A stretch of 38,305 bases of DNA, taken from Craspedostauros australis (Eukaryota). The notes beneath the pieces were generated by a model that saw nothing but the letters and a program-made list of their open reading frames with translations, was not told the DNA's origin and did not search any database. A program made the translations under genes and the position numbers. The DNA is taken from positions 1 through 38,305 of the forward strand of contig JALAGF010006221.1 of assembly GCA_030167865.1 (NCBI GenBank). Direction: 5' to 3'. Shown here piece by piece: positions 32,655-38,305 of this stretch; within the stretch, counting starts at the first letter, position 1; every line of letters begins with the position of its first letter.

Positions 32655-33980
32655 TCAATCCACAAATCGATGCCCCGACTGGGCCTGATACTGCTCCAGC
32701 GATGCCAGAACCTCGGCATCCTTGCACCACGGCTCCTCCTTGCGCACGTGATCCAGCACCTGCGTGATGCTCACCAGATGCTTACCATCGGGCAGAAAGT
32801 ACGTGCGCTTCGTCCCGTTCGACGTCGCCTTCACCGTCGTCTTCCATCCCATCTTCTCCAGCGTCCCCCAGATGGTCGCCTTCATGATGGGATTCGAGAA
32901 CTTGTGAGGCCGCTTCAACTTTCGAGGGGTCACGGTGGCCGCATCGGGCTTCTGCTGTTGGGGCGTCGTTGCCGTCGTCTCCTTCTTCTTCTTCTTTGCC
33001 ATCGTCACCTGCTGGTGCACCGGCGTGGGACTCAGAACGGCCTCCTCGTACGCCATCAACGCCTGCTGGATATCATGCAGCTGGCGATAGTCATAGTCCG
33101 TGCAAAGGAACTCCAGCACCTGCCGGCAGTTGGGAAAGCTCTGCTCGGCCTTGGGCGCCATGTACAACTTGGCCGTGGCGTTCAGAAACGAATCCTCCTC
33201 CTCGTCGCTGATGTCATCGCGCTGCCGGTACTGCACGGTCCATCCGTGGGAGGATTGCAGCACGGGCCAGATGTGGAGATGGAACAGCTGCAAGTCGATC
33301 CTCTGCAGCCGGGTGGGCACATCCTGGTACGTGGAGAAGCGCGACACCTTCTGTCGCTTGCGGCCGCTGCGGCGTCCTGTGGGCGATCCCATCTCGTTGT
33401 CAACATCGTCATCGTTGTTGCCATCATTGTCATTGCCATTGTCGCTGTCGTGTTCACCGTCATCGTCACCGTTGCTTGATGCTGCTGCTGCCTTGGATTT
33501 ACGCTTGGCTTTCGCAGGGGATTTGGTGGATGCAGACGAGTTTCGACTGAGCTTCTTCGGTTCACGGTTGTTGACGTAGCTATCCTCGATCGTGGCGAGA
33601 GCGGCCTTGACTTCAGGCAGCACACCCCAGTGCTCCTTGTCCAACCGCAGGAAGGAGATCACGCGGACGAAGGAATCAAAGTCGTAGAAGGGCGCGCTGG
33701 GGGTGAAGTAGTGCCGTTGCGTCGAGTAAACCTTCTTTGACGTCCATCCCAGCTTCTCCAGCACAGGCGTCCACAGCGTGTCCTGCACGATCTTGTGATG
33801 GAACAGGATGCGGTACTCCTTCTCGAATCCATGGTAATCTCGCGGCAGCTTCGGCGGTTTGCCGTACTTGCTGGGGGCCTTCTTCGCCACCTCCGTGCCC
33901 GCATTGGCGCCACCGGCTGTCTCATCGCCCTTCACCACCCACCGGTACTTGTGACCGCCGCGTGGAACGCCGCGAGGCAT
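32655..33980 (-). CDS. 441-aa protein with three repeats of a W-x2-3-L-x3-4-GW...Y-x2-P domain (MBD-like by inference); probably nuclear
   Basis: First ATG at 33980 (the ORF-track start at 34019 is GTG). Three internally alignable repeats are separated by charged linkers carrying NLS-like motifs (RRSGRKRQK, KKKKKE, PRKLKR). Confidence 0.82.
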   Translation of the reverse strand: MPRGVPRGGHKYRWVVKGDETAGGANAGTEVAKKAPSKYGKPPKLPRDYHGFEKEYRILFHHKIVQDTLWTPVLEKLGWTSKKVYSTQRHYFTPSAPFYDFDSFVRVISFLRLDKEHWGVLPEVKAALATIEDSYVNNREPKKLSRNSSASTKSPAKAKRKSKAAAASSNGDDDGEHDSDNGNDNDGNNDDDVDNEMGSPTGRRSGRKRQKVSRFSTYQDVPTRLQRIDLQLFHLHIWPVLQSSHGWTVQYRQRDDISDEEEDSFLNATAKLYMAPKAEQSFPNCRQVLEFLCTDYDYRQLHDIQQALMAYEEAVLSPTPVHQQVTMAKKKKKETTATTPQQQKPDAATVTPRKLKRPHKFSNPIMKATIWGTLEKMGWKTTVKATSNGTKRTYFLPDGKHLVSITQVLDHVRKEEPWCKDAEVLASLEQYQAQSGHRFVD

Positions 33981-36900
33981 GATGCCGCACACGCGCTCCC
34001 TCCAGAAAGAGCTGGGCACTCTCTTCTCTCTGGAGTATAATACCTCGCTCTGCTTCGACTTGCTTCGATCTCACACCTCTCCTCGCACTCGCACGAGTAT
34101 GGACCAATCCTTGACGACTGCGTTCGCAGGACACCGAATAGTTATGCACGATGGTCTGCTCTGCTGGGTTGTAAGCTGCCAACCAGATGCTCTTCCTGTG
34201 ATGTTGCCCTCTGGTGCTCTCTTCCTCTTCTGGTGTCCGCAACTCTCATTTTGTGCAGAACAACCATCTCGCGTCACGGCTGTTCCTCTGCGTTCCTCTG
34301 CGTTCCTCACAGCGATCTTCGCATCCTGATGTGCGAAACATCTCCCACCACAACACGCGATTCTCATCATCGTGTGTTGTGAACAATAAAGTACTTAGTC
34401 AGACCCAAGCATGCAAGGCTGCGTTCGTGTCGAAATGAAACCGTGACTGTGGAATCAGGAATCAGCCTTCTCATCCGCATTCGTTGCTTTTTGGGCGGAA
34501 TGCGTGATTAAGCACACTCATGACTGGATTGAGTTGATCAAATCATCTAGAACAGGCACGCTACAGAGAAATGAAACACAAAGAACAATCTGCTCTGCGA
34601 AAGTTCTCCACTATGTTTCCCTCTTTGGCATGCTGGCAGATGGGCATCCCAACACCGCAGATCAATCTCTCCTCCCAGAGTGACTTGTGCCGCTGCTTAC
34701 GACTATTCCACGCTTGGTTGGTGTCAAATGAGACCAATCCAAGCGAGAGAACGGCACCCAAAGACTTGTTTGGATTGCCGCCAGATGCATCATGGAGGAG
34801 AAGCGATGATGTGAATAGTAGTAGAACTGGGAGCACTCCGCAGCCATGCACAGCATACTCCGCACGTATTAGAACGGGGTCGCACCGCAGATGATAGCAT
34901 CCAGGGCCTCTTCGGGCGGCATGAGAGGAGACCGTTCGCCACAGAAGGTTGATCCTCGATGCTCTACGCAACAGCAGCAATGCGACTTGCAAGTAGTCAG
35001 GCGACAGTCGCTCCCGCGCCATCCTTCCAACCATTCATCAATCCATTCATCCATCCATTCCATTCCTTGTCAAGAGCGCAAAGAACTGCTCCAATGCGAG
35101 TGGAGCACAAGGGCACAAAGAGTGTATGGTAGACGGAGTGGACAGTATTCGTATGATAGAACCGCACACAGCCGTGAAGAGTCGAACAGAGCAATGGAGC
35201 AAGCAGTGGTGCACATTGAAACCGATTGTAGATGCACGTGTTCGGTCTCCAGCTACCATGTTGGGTACCACAGCGAAGAGAGGCAAAGGACAAGAGAGGA
35301 ACAGATGCACAACCAGGATGGTCGTTCTGATACGATCATAGACACTCATGAGCACCGCACGGCTTTCGCTTCGCACTTGGATCTGAGATGCGCATTCCAA
35401 TTTATTCGTGTGCTTCGTTCTCCACGAACAACATGTACTGACCCATTCCGCACTCGCAGAAATGGATCAGCACTCCCGACCGTGCCCGTGCCCGCACCCT
35501 TGCTCGTGGTAGATAAATCACGTGTCAGCGCGGATCATAGTCCCAGCGGTAGTCGACCCCATCCCGGACGGATTCAGCTCCCTTGCTGATGGCAGATGTC
35601 GGCGCTGTCTTGTTCTGTGACACAAGGCATCTCCAGAACCTTTTGCGCAACTCGTGACATGGTTGTGTATACACAACCGAATCCGATTGATGGTGTTTGT
35701 TGCCACCGCTCACAACCACCAAACAACAATGACAACAACACAGAGCGCAACACAGCGACATCGATTTGTGAGAACCATCAACATCATCGCACACCACGAG
35801 CTCAGAGAGGGACGAAACCGCCCCTCCATCGTGAAGTTTCTACGATAAAATGACCTTTCCAACACCTTCTGCCCTTCCCCAAACATTCGTGTACTTCAAT
35901 TGTGGGTCATGGGTGTGGACCATCGGAAGCCAGAGAGGAAAGGAGGGATGGGCTCTTCTGTCCTGTTTTTCTGCTTTGTGCTCAATCGCGCCCACAAATT
36001 CGTTGCTCCAGGCGGCCACACAATCACAAGACACAAACACACGCGTGCAAAGAGAGTGGAACACAAACGCGAGAGCAGAAAGCGGAACAGAAACAGAAAA
36101 AGAGACGTGGCAGGCCATCATCACTGGTTAGTCAGGGATGGTGATACGCGGAGAGAAGGAGAATAGGCAGTTGATGTTGCACCGTCGCCCGCAGCACCCC
36201 CATCCTCTTGTTATGCCCACGCGCCCCGAGAAATATCCAAGTCGCAGATAGCCTCACTCATACTGGGACATGCAAACATTGTCCCTCTCGTTGGACTTCT
36301 CCATGCTGGTCCGTTGGAGCAAGCGACCGGGAGTACCGCATACTTCCCAACACAATCCATCATACTCCAACTCGCGGCAAGATAGCCGGTCGTGTCAACA
36401 ATCGAGGGTCGGTGTGATCCTCCGACATGAAAGGCGATGAAAGGAGAACAAGGCACCCGACAACGATGGCCAACCTCAAGCGCGTCACACACTGCCATCG
36501 TCGGTTGAGGATGCGCGGCGCGCCACACCCGGCTACATGGGACAGAAGCAACCTCGTACGCTCTCTGGAGTCTGAGGTTGCGAGAGAGAGAGAGAGTATA
36601 ATAGGCCGTATGGCACCAGTCTGAAGGGATGCGGATACTCCTGCATACGGCATGGTGTCCTTGACTCAGTACGACTATGGGTTCAGCTCCAGTCACTGGT
36701 GTTGATTGTGCCGTGATGGCCGCCCTGCCTGCCAAGAAGCAAGATTGCTACACTCGTCCCTCGTAGCGATTTGGCGAACGGTGATTCGAAACTGTTCCAG
36801 CATTCGAAAACATGTTGCTCCGATCTGCTCAACTCTGCCAATACTCTTATCGCCCATCCACAATGCAAACTTCCCCTTGCACAAAGCGGCTCCTGCTGTC

Positions 36901-38136
36901 CTCTGTGGTTGGTGATGGGGAACTGCAAAGTGCTCTCAGATTTTCTGCTCCCGCCAGGAAGGCTGCCACGAACGGCTGAGATTGAAGTTATGGACGTCGT
37001 GATAGTGGATGATGCTGGCGACCCTCATCGGGGACGTACCATGGGAGTGAGGTGCTGTGCTTTCCGTGCCAATTGGATTTTGTGACCAACGGACGTGCCA
37101 AATAGCGCATGGTCGCAAAGAACAAAGAACGGGAAGGAAAGGATCATTATTGGACACATCAAAGAAATGGCAACCGCAGTGTGCGAGTCGCGGAAAGGAA
37201 CAATCATTGAAGGTTGTCCTCTTCTGCTCCACTCCCTCACGGCATCTGTCCGCACCCGGACTTGCGTGAAGGCAGAAACAACAGTGTCACCACGCGGTAC
37301 CTCCAACAATTCCATCTCTGAGGGTTGAACGACAAAAGAACCACGCCCTCTCTGGAATGGTACGTCCCCTCCGAAATGCATCACAACACATCAAGATGCC
37401 GATTCACTCCGTGGGATGGAGCTTCTCGCTCGTGTTATGTCTCTGGCTCGTAGAGTCGAACAAGCAGGCCAACGAGGGCCGACAACCGTGGTGACGGCAG
37501 CAAAACATTGGAATGTGCTCAGACGAACTACTAGTGCGAGTATGTATGGCACGAGCTACGACCTATGGTATGCATGTTAAGACTGAAGACAGCATCCGAA
37601 ATACTGTACATTTGAGTTGCTACCCGTGTGTGTATTTGGAACCTTCCTATGGCGCAAAAGAGGAGGCTGCGCTCGCAGCATCCACTCCCATCTCGCACCG
37701 CTATTCTCCTCTTCGGTTGGGAGAAGCGGCAGTTTTTTCCACAAGGGCCGCCTCAACTTCTATCCCACGGGGTTGAGAAGCCACTTATCAACGCACCGCA
37801 CCGTTCTCCTCACAATTCACCCTTTTCAGTTCGTCACGATCATCCAGAAAACAAGAACATCTGAAGTTCCGGCCAAAACGCATTGTGCCTTCGTACTCAC
37901 TCATGCGACAAACGTGCGATCTGGAGTACCACACCCCCCTCGCATTCTGCTATTCCGACCAGACAACTGTCACTGCCCTTCACGGTTCGAACAGCAACGG
38001 CCTCCGGATCTCCTTTCTCTCCTTGACACAACCGCGCGAAAGGACTGGGAGCCATGGTAATATAGATAATTTCCCTCGGGTCAAAAATCGAAGATCCAAC
38101 GGGATTCATTCGAATTGGCAACCACACAAACAAAAA

Positions 38137-38305
38137 ATGACGACAACGACAGGCAAAATGGGTCTCCTGCGCGATGCATTGTTCNNNNNNNTACAACCAA
38201 TTACTCTGCTCTGCTCTACTTGCTTAGTCTGTCTCTCTAGTAACTGACTTGGAAAGGCTGGAAGAAGCCTTCATCAATGGACAGCTGTGTGATCATGGCA
38301 ACCAC
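38137..38305 (+). other. possible 5' end of a gene running off the right edge
   Basis: A-rich context ATG (CAAAAAATG; MTTTTGKMGLLRDALF), then an N gap, then a pyrimidine tract ending TAG followed by an open frame (TDLERLEEAFINGQLCDHGNH) to the window end. Confidence 0.3.

Noticed and set aside
34400..38100. Many short ORFs of 60-232 aa
   Set aside because: No recognisable domains and no consistent splice-linked frame; treated as non-coding or decayed sequence.
1..38305. tRNA, rRNA, snRNA or snoRNA genes
   Set aside because: No cloverleaf, T-loop consensus or rRNA-like segment was recognised by eye; a covariance-model scan would be needed to exclude small RNAs.

Overview
Eukaryotic nuclear DNA, most likely from a diatom (GT-AG introns, a diatom-style HMG-box protein, a copia-type retroelement, many low-complexity proteins). 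Left to right: (1) the 5' part of a Ty1/copia LTR retrotransposon on the minus strand. Its gag-protease ORF runs off the left edge, so the ORF track misses it. It has two zinc knuckles, a ~390-aa insert before the protease, and an in-frame 135-codon N-terminal extension broken by one TGA. (2) A His/Lys-rich disordered protein. (3) A tandem TB2/DP1/HVA22 (REEP/Yop1) membrane protein. (4) A secreted trypsin-like protease with a PT-rich stalk and a 10-Cys module. (5) A probable GT-B glycosyltransferase-like protein. (6) An ABC1/UbiB atypical kinase. (7) A claudin-like 4-TM protein with a predicted tiny first exon. (8) An ~8.6-kb gene-poor spacer holding a candidate 1.1-kb non-autonomous Helitron and a cluster of ACAAA(A)nG motifs. 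(9) A poly-Q HMG-box gene, convergent with (10) a protein made of three copies of a ~70-85-aa domain resembling the MBD fold. (11) A possible gene start at the right edge. No rRNA, tRNA or CRISPR seen. All calls come from manual translation and motif recognition; no database searches were run.
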